A stretch of DNA of 58,921 nt, the filler included, from Nemertoderma westbladi (taxonomy: Eukaryota; Animalia; Xenacoelomorpha), in NCBI GenBank assembly GCA_032718475.1. It is 3 parts of 3 records of this genome, joined end to end, with 100 filler letters (N's around TTAATTAATTAA, not from the genome) between each part and the next. Parts side by side here need not be neighbours in the genome. Positions count along the whole stretch, not along the records: positions 24,901 to 48,789 come from JAUCBJ010005492.1; 2 more parts are not named here. One strand, 5' to 3'. The notes beneath the pieces were generated by a model. The model did not search any database. It was given only the letters and a program-made list of their open reading frames with translations, and was not told where the DNA came from. Every line of letters starts with the position of its first letter. Within the stretch, counting starts at the first letter, position 1. This document shows positions 24,901-37,893 of the stretch, piece by piece. A program made the position numbers and the translations under genes.

Positions 24901-27900
24901 AAATACCGGTATGCAGTTTACACTTATAGTGTATATATATAAGTATAATTACAAACTAGAATTAATTACAAGTACCGGTATAATTTCAGCCGAAATTTAT
25001 AGAAATAAAGATAATAGGCCTATCGTAAATACCGGTATATCAATTATTTCAAATAATTGAATTTCTGATACTTTAGGGTTACTTGGTTACTTTACTTACT
25101 TTATTACCGTTATTTGAGCAGTAATCCAACTGATGTTGAGACCTAATTGTTATATGGTAGGCCTACGATTTATAAATCGTTAGATTTGATTTATAATATA
25201 TATATACCCGTTTTAATGGGTTTTGTCAATGTTTGAAATAAATGTTATTATTTCTGGGGAGTAATCACTACACAAAGCGGTGAGCTTTCAGTGAAGTGTT
25301 ACGTACAGGACACTAAAACAAATAATACTAATTTACCTAAGTTACTTAATACTACAAATTACGTACAATTCGGGTTGAGATTACAATCTCTAAATAAACA
25401 CAAAATTTTACAAAAACACAAATACGAATTTTTAGGGTAATTTTACAAGAAGTCTACAAACCAGCCTAACAAAGGGTTAGAAAACTGATTATTACAGCGG
25501 ACAGGGTACTACGGTATTTGAAATAATAAGTAGTAGCAAATACACTGCGTTGTCTAGATAGGAAAATACCACCGCCTGACGACCTATAGCCGTATCGCTA
25601 TAGGTTCTACGTTATGTATCACGGAGTGTTCCTACCTAGAAGTTAATAGAGCTAATCGAATGTGCCTATCAACCACTTTACAACTCAAATATAATGGCTA
25701 CAATAATTACTTCGGGAAAGCACTGTACACTAAACCCTAAATTAGGTACGAGTACTTGTACAACAAATAATCAGTAGTTAAATATACTTGAACAGCTAAA
25801 AGAACCACGGCATCTGCTGGAGTGACCGATGCACAAAATCACCAGTCTTTACCTACGCCGAGCAGCCCGTATAGTACCGGGGTTAATTTAACTATAACGG
25901 TATGTATAACAAACACAATTACTGTAGGAACAAACTTAGGGAATGAATGTTGCGAATAATCGCATAAACTCTGAATAATAAATATTACGCTACGCGTACA
26001 AACTACTCAAATAAAATACAGACCGAACACTGACAGACTACTATCAAGCCTAAACAAACTACGGTATATGCAGACTCCGAAATGATTAGGGAGTATGCGC
26101 TCTAACCCAGTAGTGCGACTTATTCTTTAGCTGGGGGTTTACCTTACAGCGTTGCTGCCCCTACTGCCTAATCGTACTTAATCGGACAGATGATCTACAC
26201 ACGCGGCAATCCGTTCAGACCTAATAACAGCCAGACAACTATCCAGCCTACAAATTATTTAAATAAAATTATACGCTACCCGTACAGACTTACACAAACA
26301 AAGTACAGACTAAACGATGGCAGACTACTCTCAAGCCTAAATAAAATACAGGACATGCAGACTCCGAAATGATTAGGGAGTATGCGCTCTAACCCAGTAG
26401 TGCGACTTATTCTTTAGTTGGGGGATTTACCTTACAGCGTTGCTGCCCCTACTTCCTAATCGTACTTAATCGGACAGTTGCTCTACACACACTGCAATCC
26501 GTTCAGACTTAACAGCAATCAGACAACAGCTCAGCCTACAAATTGTCTGTACAATCTGATGAGGTTTACACGCCTTCTGTTCAATACTGGCCTACAAATA
26601 AATAAAACTTGACAGAAATAAGTAAAAACTCAATAAAAAACCAGGGCGGGCCCTCCCTGATTAATTATTAAGGCCTACCGGTATATAATTATCAAAATCG
26701 AATAATACTGCTGTACCTGTACTGCTGTAGGTACCGGTCCGGGTGGTTAGGTAGTCAGGCCTACTGGGTACCGGTTGCCGGTACTTCAGCTTTATTGCCT
26801 ACTGCAATACAGAAGCTATATCCTTTAATGTTCGCGCTTTCAGACCTTTGGCAGTTTAACCCGCCAAATTAGAATGTCTTCTAGATAATAAATCTGCTTT
26901 TTAGTCTATGACAAGTATTTGATTCACTACACTAGTCGAAACCAATCCGTGCGCGACCATTCACCCGCTGGATATTCCCGGGAGATTGGGTTCGACGGTT
27001 TAATTTGTATTGCTATGTAAGCCTAATGTATTATTCGACTGACAGTATTATATAATCTCTGACAATATTATTCACCTTCGGTAATATTAACAGTTCCTTT
27101 AGGACGTGGCGCTTTATCTACATAAACAGAGTTATGACTTAAACTACTCGCAACGATATGGCTTAATTATAATCCACATATATGGCGCATTCTTTAGGAA
27201 TTGCTTCTTTAACAGACTCACTCATACACTATGCTGCACAATACTGCACACTAATCTGCCAATCTTCACTGATTTTAGTCACATATAAAAGGAACACAGG
27301 CTGACTCATGTAGGGTCTATCAAATAACATTAGATTCACTTCAAACCACTTTAACATAAGTCACAATCGTTATTGGTAACCTTTCTCTCTTACCTTCGGT
27401 ATATCAAGAATATTGGGTTGCGGGGTTATTTATCGTTATTCCAAATATAATTATTCATCAACCATATTATGAAGATCTGACAGCAAATAGCAGTATAAAA
27501 CAACAACTGAACAGTTAGGTACATCGGTACATCAGTACCGGTATGTCAGCAGTGAGATATTTACGGTTAAAGGATATATGCCCTTTATAATTAAACCTAC
27601 CAGTGTACGACTAAAAAGCAGTACAGCACAAAATATTTATAAGCCGTTCTTTCTTTGGCTCAAGACTGAATGATAAACACTGCACATAGGCATTTCGTCA
27701 TTTCTCGGAAATTCTCTGTACAAGGAGCCACAAAAACGCTCTCATTGGCTGACTGAGCTGAGAGACACCGTAGAACAAAGGAAATCAACACGTATGAATG
27801 TCAGCTGTTAACCGTAGTCATAGTAACTACTGTTCAAGAGTAGCTATCACTCCTTTGCGTCACAAATTGCCATAGAATCATAAAATATACCTTTCACAAT

Positions 27901-28046
27901 ACACATACGGAGGAAATAAGTCTTAGATCCTCTAAAAACACCGATACAGTAATAATACGGTCTCTTACACTTATTAAATCAACTACAGAGTATTTTAATG
28001 TAAAAGATAATAAAAACAACGGGGCAATTCAGCAAAGGCTTTTACA
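24901..28046 (-). mobile_element. LTR retrotransposon family 2, copy A: putative 5' LTR (25297-28046) plus leader, cut by contig end
   Basis: Aligns with about 49590-52871. Homology ends at TTTTACA(AGT). Inner TGTTAC boundary inferred. Copy B leads into a gag-like ORF. Confidence 0.72.
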
Positions 28047-29084
28047 AGTTTTTCTTACTTGTATTTAAATTCTCGCACGAAATCTGTTTTGCTAACAAAA
28101 CTGACTCAAGATATAGTGCTCCGTAATGTTGTGTATTGAAAGGGGTTAGTATGGATTGTAAATAAACTTACCTTGTAGCTGAATCCTTTCGTAGAACTCA
28201 GGCCTTTAACCCCCATATATGTTTTCACCTGCACTTTAGTTATTTCTATAAAGTCGCCCTCCTTGCCAACAAACTCCGACTCCCCCCAAATTGTAAGAAC
28301 TGCCGATGAGGAGTGGTCACGGAGGCACACCTCCGTAATGTTTACCTCTCCGTTTTTCCCCGGAACAGGTCGGGGTGGTGCGACATCCACTATCCATGCG
28401 TATATAAACTCTGTAATAAATAAAATGTTTTGGTTATATTATGTCAACTTATCATTGTTCTGGTGAAATCCTCTTAACGCTGCAAGGTACCAAAAAAATA
28501 AAGTTAAGTAAATTTTCTTCGGCCGCTAGCTAGTCCAGGGATTACGCACAAAGACTTATTACGACTTATTTTCAGTGCGGTCCCCGCAGAACGTTACTTG
28601 GAAACTCCAGTACTCATTTAGCTACCACTTAAGGATGCAAGGCAGAGATGCGCCATGGCTGGTCCCTTTAAATCATTCGTGCCGAAACGAAAACTGCCCT
28701 GGCCCATGTGAGGATCGAACCCACGACCTACGGGAGATGTGAATTCAATGCGACCACTACACCAAGGTAGAACTACTTTGTTGCATTGTGGCCTATACAG
28801 TAAGAGGTACTGAAAAGTCTGAGAAGTGTTACTTTTCAAGTAACGATAAGTAAATAGTTATTGTTGTTACGAAAAATAGCTGAGAAAAAAGTTCAAGTGT
28901 CAAATTTTGTAAAAAATTGAAAAAATATTAAAACTAAGACCTACAAGAGTGTTTAGAAATATATTAAATTCCACTCTATCTGACATTTATATTAAAATAA
29001 AATAAATATTTTACAAAGTAGATACTTACCACTTACATATCGCCGATCCGGCCAACCGCCCAAACGTTTCAAAGAAGCCTCCAT
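28042..29084 (-). CDS. Putative 3-exon small OB-fold (SSB/RPA-like) protein, ~110 aa; exons 29084-29030, 28410-28172, 28083-28042
   Basis: Canonical GTAAGT donors and CAG acceptors in compatible phases give MEASLKRLGGWPDRRYVSEFIYAWIVDVAPPRPVPGKNGEVNITEVCLRDHSSSAVLTIWGESEFVGKEGDFIEITKVQVKTYMGVKGLSSTKGFSYKISCENLNTSKKNL. The L.D.S..V.LTIWG..EGD.I.I..V.V..Y.G pattern is OB-fold-like. Exon 3 is the least certain. Confidence 0.65.
28492..28773 (-). mobile_element. tRNA-derived SINE (central domain resembles MetaSINE type) in intron 1 of the OB-fold gene
   Basis: A box TGGTGTAGTGG, B box GGTTCGATCC, central CTCTGCCTTGCATCCTTAAGTGGTAGCTAAATGAGTAC, T-rich tail. Confidence 0.75.
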
Positions 29085-29193
29085 CGCGTAAATACAAAAT
29101 ACAGGAAAATACAGTAAAAGACAAAAATAATTGCAAAGAAGTACAATTGTAATAATGAAATAAAACACCAAATAATCACTGTAATGAAAAATG

Positions 29194-29203
29194 CCCTTTT
29201 TAT
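29194..29203 (-). promoter_or_regulatory. TATA box upstream of the OB-fold gene
   Basis: TATAAAAAGG on the minus strand about 110 nt upstream of the ATG. Confidence 0.5.
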
Positions 29204-29548
29204 AGTAGATTTTTAATATTAATTTATAAACATGTTAATTGATGTTCAATCAGGTGATAATACTGTAATTCCAGTATCTCCTCATTCTAGTTGAATAATG
29301 AATGTGTGTAACATAATGATAGGGAACATTGTGGTAGAGCTAAATTGGAGTTTATAATTAGTATTGAGCCCCACTAAAACATATTGCGACGTTGAATAAA
29401 CGAGATTGATATACATAGTTACTTCAATTACTCTAATCTCGATGGGTAATATGGACTAGGTAATACTATCAGGGCCTTCGTGCACAAAAAGCTACACTTA
29501 TTAATTAGTTTTAGAACAGTTTTAATTATAACATGGCTAGTTATATAA

Positions 29549-29799
29549 AGGCCCATGATACACCACAGAAGCGGCGAGCGGCAGCGGCGGGCGGCCACGG
29601 CGAGCGGCGGGCGGCCGCGGCGAGCTGCCGATGTGAGCGGCGACTTTTAGTATGATACACCATAGGGGCCGCGAGCGGCAGCGGCCATTTGTGGTGTATC
29701 ATCACCCATAGAAAATAATGTGTTCTATTTTTAAAAAGGGGCCGCTCACCGCGGCCGCCCGCCGCTGCCGCTCGCCGCTTCTGTGGTGTATCATGGCCT
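29549..29799. mobile_element. PIF/Harbinger-type MITE
   Basis: ~48-bp TIRs AGGCC(C)ATGATACACCACAGAAGCGGCGAGCGGCAGCGGCGGGCGGCC; TAA on both flanks. Confidence 0.88.
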
Positions 29800-30105
29800 T
29801 AATATTGGCTTCAGACAATAATTGTGGCTTCCGTCACTCACACGAACACGCCTATGCGCAATGTGACATTAGGAAAACGCCCAAAGTATAATTATAACCT
29901 AATGGCTCGCAGTTTTCACTCGCCCTACACAAACTACTGGTAGGATGTCCGCCGTAAATAAATTTTTCATGTTACGAAAAATTTGCGTATTTAATTGCAA
30001 TTTAAATAAAAAATAAATATGACAATTCCGCTTTATGAACCTTTTTCTTACCTGTTAAACCTGTTTATAAAACCAACAAAATAAGTGAGATTTTCAACTA
30101 TGATG

Positions 30106-30277
30106 TAATAACTATTTACATACTTGTGTGTAAAGTAGTACTTTACAGTGTGATGATCCGAGTGGCTTTGTTACACGAACGAACGTTAGTGAGTGAGTGA
30201 AAATAAAGCCACGAGGATCAGAACACTGTAAAGTACTTTGCAACACGTATATGTAGTTTTATTTTAAAATTGTTAAT
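30106..30277. mobile_element. Short palindromic interspersed repeat, copy 2
   Basis: Homologous to 2622-2797. Confidence 0.7.
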
Positions 30278-31499
30278 GATAAAATATAATATCAACATAA
30301 AATATAAATGTACTTTAGAGTCATTTACTCTGCACTGCTTCAAAAAAATAAAAACGAATTAACCATAAAATATCATCTGCTTCCTCAAAACATTCGATTG
30401 CCAAAGAAAGGGCCTCAGCCGCACCATCCTCCCCCCAATGCTGCATTACTTTGTGCGGCTGGAATGGAGGCACAGGTTTTTGTTATTTGTTGTTATTGGC
30501 ATATTCGTTATTTACATTTATTATTCGAGTTGCTGTAAGTATTTTTGTAGGTTATTACAAAAATATATATTATTTGGTGGAATGGGTTAGCGAAAAAATT
30601 GTGACAAAAGTGAGAAAATATTTTATGAGTAACTACGGGTATAGGCTACGTATAGATGAAAATAATACCTATAATAACTATTTAAGTGGTGGCAAAAAAA
30701 GTAGGCTTTTTTGTCCAGCGTTATTATTTGGCGATCGTACCGAGATAAATAAGGGATTAATTTTTATTGCGTCCAGTCCCCCCCCCCCCCCCCCCCTCCC
30801 TATCTGCATTTTCTAGGTACTAAAAAAATGTAAAAAAAGTGTCTCCATCGATATTTCATCAGTAACGCTGGAGTTATTCTTCATCCTTATAGTGTGTTTT
30901 TGGTAACATTGGAAATCTGGCTGTGCAAGGATTCAAAAAATTTATAAACATTAGAATTTGGTTGGGAAATATCTGAAGTATGGGCATTCGAAAGCATGTA
31001 TTTGCTTTCTATGAAGGCCATATATTCTATTAAATAAATAAATACAACATATTCTGGAACATTTTGTTTATCCTATTCCCATACATGGCTGGGCAGACAA
31101 AAAACCCTATTTAATCATACTATTACGTAGCTATTCAAACATAAACAAAACGTTCTAGAATTTGGCTGTTACAAATATCATGTAATCTCATTAAAAGATT
31201 TGTAGAACAATTTCGGGGGGGGGGGGGGACCTGAATGAAGCACTGTCCTAATCGAGATAATTATGGTAGAGGTGTATCGATAGTATGGATGGTGGCAGAT
31301 TCAATAATTATGGGTGATGGAATATTTAGGGTGGTGCAATATAATTATTCTATTTGTTATTTGTACGTGATTTCAAGTAATTTTATTTTTATTTATTATC
31401 AAGAATTAGGTATATTAAATCATATCATTTACGATAATATGAAACAAAGATAGGGCCGCGGGGATCAAGAAGCCAGTTAGGGTCAAAATCCACACCGGT

Positions 31500-32354
31500 T
31501 ACAGCATGTCCTGGAATATAGTGTCGTTATTCAGGTACATGACCCACCCCCCCCCCCCCCCCCCCAAATTTTTATACAAATCGTAATGAGATTGCATGAA
31601 ATTTGACTTTAGCTACAAGCGTTTGAAAAAGGTGTCTCTGACAATACTTCACAAGTTACACTGCAATATTTATTCTTCAATCTTACATTGATTTATAGGT
31701 CCCAGTTAGAAAGCTGGCCATGCAAGGATTCCAAATAAAGTATCGCAATCTGAATTTCATAAATAGCTGAGACATGAGCGTTCGAAAGTTGCGTGGTTTT
31801 ACACACGCGTAAGGCTATTTTATTCTATTAAATAAAAACACCATATTCTAGAATAATTTGTTTATGTATGAATAGCTACAGAATAGTAGTATTATTATAT
31901 AGTTAATGCATAGTTGCTAAGCTAGGTATGGGATAAACAAAATGTTCTAGAATATGGTGTATTTATTAAATAGAATAAAATAATAGCCTCGCGCAAATGC
32001 AAAACCATGCAACTTTTGAACGCTCATATCTCAGCTATTCTACGACTAAATTCAGATTATGATACATATTTGGAATCCTTGCATAGCGAGCTTTCATTCA
32101 ATATCAACAAATCGCTATAAGGTTGAAGTATAACTGTGGTGTAACTGATGCAATACCAACGGAGACGCCTTTTTCAAACGCTTGTAGGTAAAGAATGAAA
32201 GCGAAAATAAAACTTCTGGCTCACCCAGCAAGGAGGAGGGAGGTGAAACTATCTCTGTTTCAAATTTCATGCAATATCATTACGATTTGTAGAAAAATTT
32301 GGGGGGGGGGGGCAGGTACCTGAATAACGACACAATATTCCAGGACAAATGGTG
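31500..32354. mobile_element. Fold-back non-autonomous DNA transposon (long imperfect TIRs)
   Basis: 31507-31865 is an imperfect reverse complement of 31933-32347. Related fragments near 30830-31235 and 36065-36165. Confidence 0.75.
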
Positions 32355-33322
32355 TAATCTTGGGACTCAAAAGTTGACCTCAAACTGTCAGTCAAACATA
32401 ATTAATACCAGGATTGGCCGAGATCAAAAACAATTATCTCTTGTGAATGGCTAAAAGCGAGATTGTATCAACAAATTAATTATCACCTATATCAAAGGGC
32501 GGTATTTCTTGAGTTCCCGTTGAGCCCATGTTAGCCGTGCACGTGGTCGTAATACAAACACAATGGCCCTTAACACAATGAGATTCACCTTCAAACAACC
32601 AACCGCCCGCCCGCCACACAGTATTACCAGCTTCCACCCTCTTTGCCTCAATCCACATCCCTATTACATAGCAGTTGATTAGCTCAACTGCACTATTATA
32701 CCAGTGAGGTATCTATTTGCTGCTATAAACCTCGAGGTTTATTGGCTGACTATCAATTAACTGTATAGCTGATGAGATGGAGGCGGCCGATTCCCATTAC
32801 CCAATAATGTCATGGCTGAATAAAATCTACATTGAAATAATATTGTTCCTGGATAATGTTTACAGTGAAACCCGTGATGAATGAATGCCCTACTGTAAAT
32901 TAATATCTTGGGAAACGCATTGGGTATCTAACTACGAAGCTTTAAACTCCAATACACGCAGCACGTGACATAATGTGTCTTTTCTTTTGTTAAGTGTTAA
33001 CGCGAAAGAATTATAAGCAAAAATAGGCGGATGACACCTAATAACTTTACCACCTAGAGGCAGACTGGGTAACTGCAGTTGATTTAAGACCTCACAAAAA
33101 CTCAATCTGTGGTCTAGCCAGGTATCAATCAGGAAGAAAGGATTATAAACAAAAAAAATAATAAGAAAGGGCTAAGGTTTAAATTTTAGCCCGCTAGCGG
33201 TAGACGGGAAAACCGCCGAGGGATTACTGTCTTAACAAAGATGCAGTCTATGTATGGTCTACGTCTAGCATGTATATCTGTCAAGTCTCGGCTTGAACAA
33301 ATAACGGAAGGAGAGATGGTTT

Positions 33323-35850
33323 TACTACTACTACAGTACTAGGTCGAGCGAACTCGGACAGTGGAAATGAGATCCTTCCAGGCTTCCCGATTCTCCAACT
33401 ACTACTACTAGGTCGAGCGAACTCGGACAGTGGAAATGAGATCCTTCCAGGCTTCCCGATTCTCCATAGTTGTCGCAATTTCGTTTCTCCCAAGTTCAGT
33501 ATCCCTTTCAAGTTGATCTATATATGTTATGGCCGGTCGTCCACGACTACGCTTTCCATGAGTTGGTTGCCAGAGAAGTAGATCTGGTATGACCTCGTTT
33601 TTACTTCGCCAGCAGTGCCCACTGAATCTTAATCTGCGTTCACGGAGGGTGGTTGATACAGGTGGTATTGTACCATAAAGCTCGGCGTTTGTCTGTGTTG
33701 TCTCCAGCTGCTGTTTAGGGCTGCCCTTAATAGTCTTGTGTAGCAACCATCAATTCGTTGTTCAAGTGATTTAGTCAGTGTCCAGGTCTCACCCCCATAT
33801 AAAAATACACTTTCCACTGTGGCTCGAAAGAACTTAGTCTTCAGGTGCCTGGAGAGATCTGATTTCCAGATGGTATCCATTTTTGATAGAGCTACCCAAG
33901 CCTTTGCTTTCCTAACTTCTACAGTATGTCCTTTTTGCTACTCTCTATCCATGATCCAAGGTACTGGAAGTCATCGACCTTCCTTAGTTGATTATTATCA
34001 ATGGTTGTCAAGTTTCCATCAACATTAAAGGTCATGAATTCGGTCTTTGTAGCATTTATATGCAATCCAACCTCCTTAGCAGCCCTCTCCACTTTATTTA
34101 GTAGAAGCTGTGCATCTGCTAGGGTATTAGAGAGCAGGGCGATGTCATCCGCAAAGTCGGTGTCTGTGACTGTAGTTGCCGGATATCTACTACTTCTGCG
34201 TTCTTGAAGTGTGAATCCCAGGTCTTCACCCTTTGTGGCCGTCCTCATTGCGTAATCCAGCACAATTACAAATAGTAATGGTGCTAATGTGTCACCTTGC
34301 AGTGCGCCAGCCAGGATTGAGAAAAACAATCCAATGCCAGCAACAATTACTTCTGGTATTCCATAAGCTCTTAGGATTTCAAGCATTTTACCTCTATGGA
34401 TGGAGTCGAATGCCTTCTTGAAGTCCACAAAAGTCATGACAGCGGGGAGATTCTTTGACTTAAGGGGGGGGGGGGGGGGGGGGGTACACCATTTTGGTCC
34501 AAAATAAGTCGAAATTTTTTTTATGGTCTAGTATAATGCACCATTGAATGGTGTTTCCAATTCGGAAAACCGCTGTTTAATAGCTCTTTTAGTGTTCAAG
34601 TTATAAAAATTTCCATTTAGGGAATCCTATTAAAATTACTATTACTATGTATAATGAAAGGTCGATTATCTCCAAATATTTTTTTCATGAAATTGTCAAC
34701 TTCAAAACCCTACTACTTTTACAACTTTTGAGTAATTAGTCTGAAACTTCCTGTGGGTGTCTAGATAGCCACCCTGCATAAAAGTATCAGACAACTTTTC
34801 GAAATATTTTGTTAATAAAATTTAATACCATTTATAAAAAACCTAAAAATTAGCATAAATTTGCAGCGCCACCTAGCGGTGCAGAATTATTTTAACAAAA
34901 TTTGGCCTGATTGTTATGTTGCCCCATCTTTGATCTATCATATAAAAAAACTTTCATGTGATTAGGTTGAAAACTGTAAAAGCCTTAGGGTTTTAAGCGT
35001 AACCAAGTTTTTTGATTTTTAACTAGTATTAACTAATATTAAATAGCGAAAAAAAAAATTTTCTGACCTTTCATGTAGAATAGCATCTTAGGCACCTATA
35101 TGCCAAATTTTAGCCAAAACCAAACAATTTTGAAACGCTGAGAGTGATAAATCGAAGAGTTGTCCGAAAATGGTGTACCCCCCCCCCCCCCCCCCCCCCC
35201 CCTTAATTCCTTCAATCAGTCTCCGTAGTGCAAGTATCTGAGCTATTGTTGATCTACTTGGTCGAAATCCGTTTTGGCTCTTACGCAGTAGTTTCTCTAT
35301 GTGAGGCCTAATCCTATATAGAATCATTTTATTGTATATTTTGGCAGCTACCACAAGCAGACAGATCCCACGATAGTTTGTTGGTATGCCGAGGTCTCCT
35401 TTCTTGGGGAGAGGCTTTAGTTGACCTTTAGTCCAAATTGGTGGTGGCTTTTCCCCTTTTAACATCCGGTTGCAAACATTCAATAATGGTCTGTTTAGCA
35501 CTCCTGTTTTCCATACCTTCGCTGGGATTTCATCTAATCCACTCGCTTTATTATTGGACATGCTTTTAATGCTTCTTTGGAGTTCGGCAGGTGTGAAGTC
35601 CCCCTTTTTCTATAGGTAGTGTCTTGTCATATATTTTCCTTGTAGGGCTGACCTCGATGTTTGGTGGCTGCCCAAGCAAGTTGCTGAAGTGATTTTTCCA
35701 CTTCCCAACACGTTCTTCAGGACTATCGGCTTTGAGGCGCCCCTTTGCACAACTTTTCCGACCAGATACCTCATTTACAGTTTGCCAGGTAAGTCTTGAT
35801 TGCTGCTGTATGTGAGCAGTTGTAATTGCTTCAGTTTTATCCTTGATGAG
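33323..35850 (-). mobile_element. RTE-clade LINE, 5'-truncated and frameshifted
   Basis: KASGLD..PKKGDL..NYRGI..QNGFR..FVDFKKAFDS..QGDTLAP..DFADDIAL..FQYLGS..RLRFSGHCWR; (TAG)n tail; short internal deletion before LAGALQG. Confidence 0.92.
34464..35202. mobile_element. Non-autonomous DNA transposon with TTAA TSD and poly-G-TACACC termini (Kolobok-like) in the RTE RT
   Basis: TTAA at 34460-34463 and 35203-35206; TIR G(n)TACACCATTTT. Removal restores EGIKSKNLPAVMTFVDF. Related fragment at about 48657-48781. Confidence 0.85.
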
Positions 35851-37893
35851 ATGGTTTTAACTTTCAGTTATTTCGACCTCTAGCTGCAAACTCTAGAAGT
35901 CTAGACGGAGTCCACAAAGAAGCAGCCAGTTTTCTACGGCCTGTAGTACAAGTAGGCCAAGTTTCAGCATAGACTAATTAAAATTGAGGAAATGGTGGAA
36001 GGTTTCACTTTAAACATTTCGCCCTATAGCGACAGACTGGAGAACTGCGGATGGTAAATTATATGTCTCCCTGTTTCAAATTCCATGCAATCTCATTAAG
36101 ATTTGTAGAACAAAATTCTTTTTTTTGGGGGGGGGGGGGGGGGGTGTCATTAAATTACGACATTATATTAGGGCATCCATGGCGGGTAACCGAATGGTAT
36201 GGAACTTTATGTATGGAAGAGCTGATTGTAGTTTATAATTAATTGAGCCTCTAATTCTAATACTAAAATATATTGGAATCTTGAAAATAAGAGTTTTATT
36301 ACCTACTGTATCTATCTAACCCCGATGGGTAAAGCACCATTTTCGATAGTACTGTAAAAGCTACATAAAAATTCTTAAAAGCTCTATAAAGATTTCCAAA
36401 AGTTAAAAATTAAGATATATAGTCATTGGGTTGTATATGATTGTAATCCTCGTGTATTCTAGAATAATAGTGCAATACAAAAAATAATACTAAATAAGTA
36501 AGCTAGGAAAACCATATATAAGTAAGCAACTATTTGTATTGAAAATATTCTGGAATACATTAAACTTTTACAAATTTTTCTAACTTTTTTGCCAATTCCT
36601 TTGCCAAAATTTGGTGATACCTGATAACTGGTACAGTCTGCACCTTTAGGTACAGTTGTACCGTTACCTTTCTAGTTTCGAAATCGGGATGCCCACTACA
36701 GTATAGTACTGTATATACTGTAGATTGATAGATTAATAAAGACTGCGTTACACAATGCAAAGCATTGAATTTGTCCATTTTTTGAGTTCAGTTTTATCTA
36801 CATATCAAAGTAACATAAATCTTCGGTAATAAATTATCCTGGTTCGAACTGTGCATAGTTACTGTATTATTTGCAGTCCCCTAAACTTACTACATAACTA
36901 ACTGTCTTACCATTTTATTAAAATTATCCCGGTCATTGCTGAATATCCCGTAACCATGTTGAGATACCCCAACTATTCCTACTGTGCAAGGTGCTGGCTT
37001 GGGTATCAACATTTTGAAGCAGTTACAACCTGTATTTTTTTGAATGATAATGGTCGATTATGTGAAAAAAATTGAGCAGAATTTTTGTTTCAGTATTTTT
37101 GCTTTGTGATAGGAATAGGAAAATGGAAAAATGTCATTCCGAGATAATTGACTTTAAAGGTTGTACCTTCCCATACGCAAAAACTGTCTGTTAATATGTG
37201 AGAATGTATGTCAATATATATTTTGCTATGGGGGTTTTCCTGATTTCATTTCTGACGTCAGTTGCGCTTTTATTGAAATCTAGTTAGTCTGTCTGTCTGT
37301 CGGTCTTTCTGACAACTCGACAATCTATACGTCAAATGAAAAGGGCACACCTAAATCTAAATGTTTGGCTTTAGGGGTTTTCCTGGTTGCAAAATTCATT
37401 TAGAGTGTCAGTTTTACATTTCATGACTTACAAATTGTCTGTTTGGTTGTCAGTTATATTTTGACGGACAGACTGATAAACATACAGACAGAAACGACTA
37501 GGCCCAAATTAAATAGTGACATCGAAAATGAAGTCACGGACCAGCAAAACACATAGGAAATTTTTTTAGGCAAATAAGTATGCTTTCTAATGTTTTTGAG
37601 ACATACTGACGGATAGATCGACAGTGAAACGGACGTACAGTAATATCTCGATTTACGTAAATTTTCCTGTTTACGAATTTGAGTTTCTGGTTACAGCATT
37701 CTTAGACCTTTAGCTTCGCCGAAGATAATAAACTGATCCACGGTCCAATGCGTTGCGGTCATTTATCTTAAATTTTATCTGCGGCGCTGAATCTTTCTGC
37801 CAAATACTAACCACATGAGCGCTACTGTACATAATAAAAATATTTGTTTACCAATAATTGAGGGAAAGTGGTACGGTTCAATGTGACTTAGTA

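Noticed and set aside
28700-28773. tRNA gene (also 52955-53010)
   Set aside because: A and B boxes are present but there is no cloverleaf; 28700-28773 continues into a SINE body and tail.
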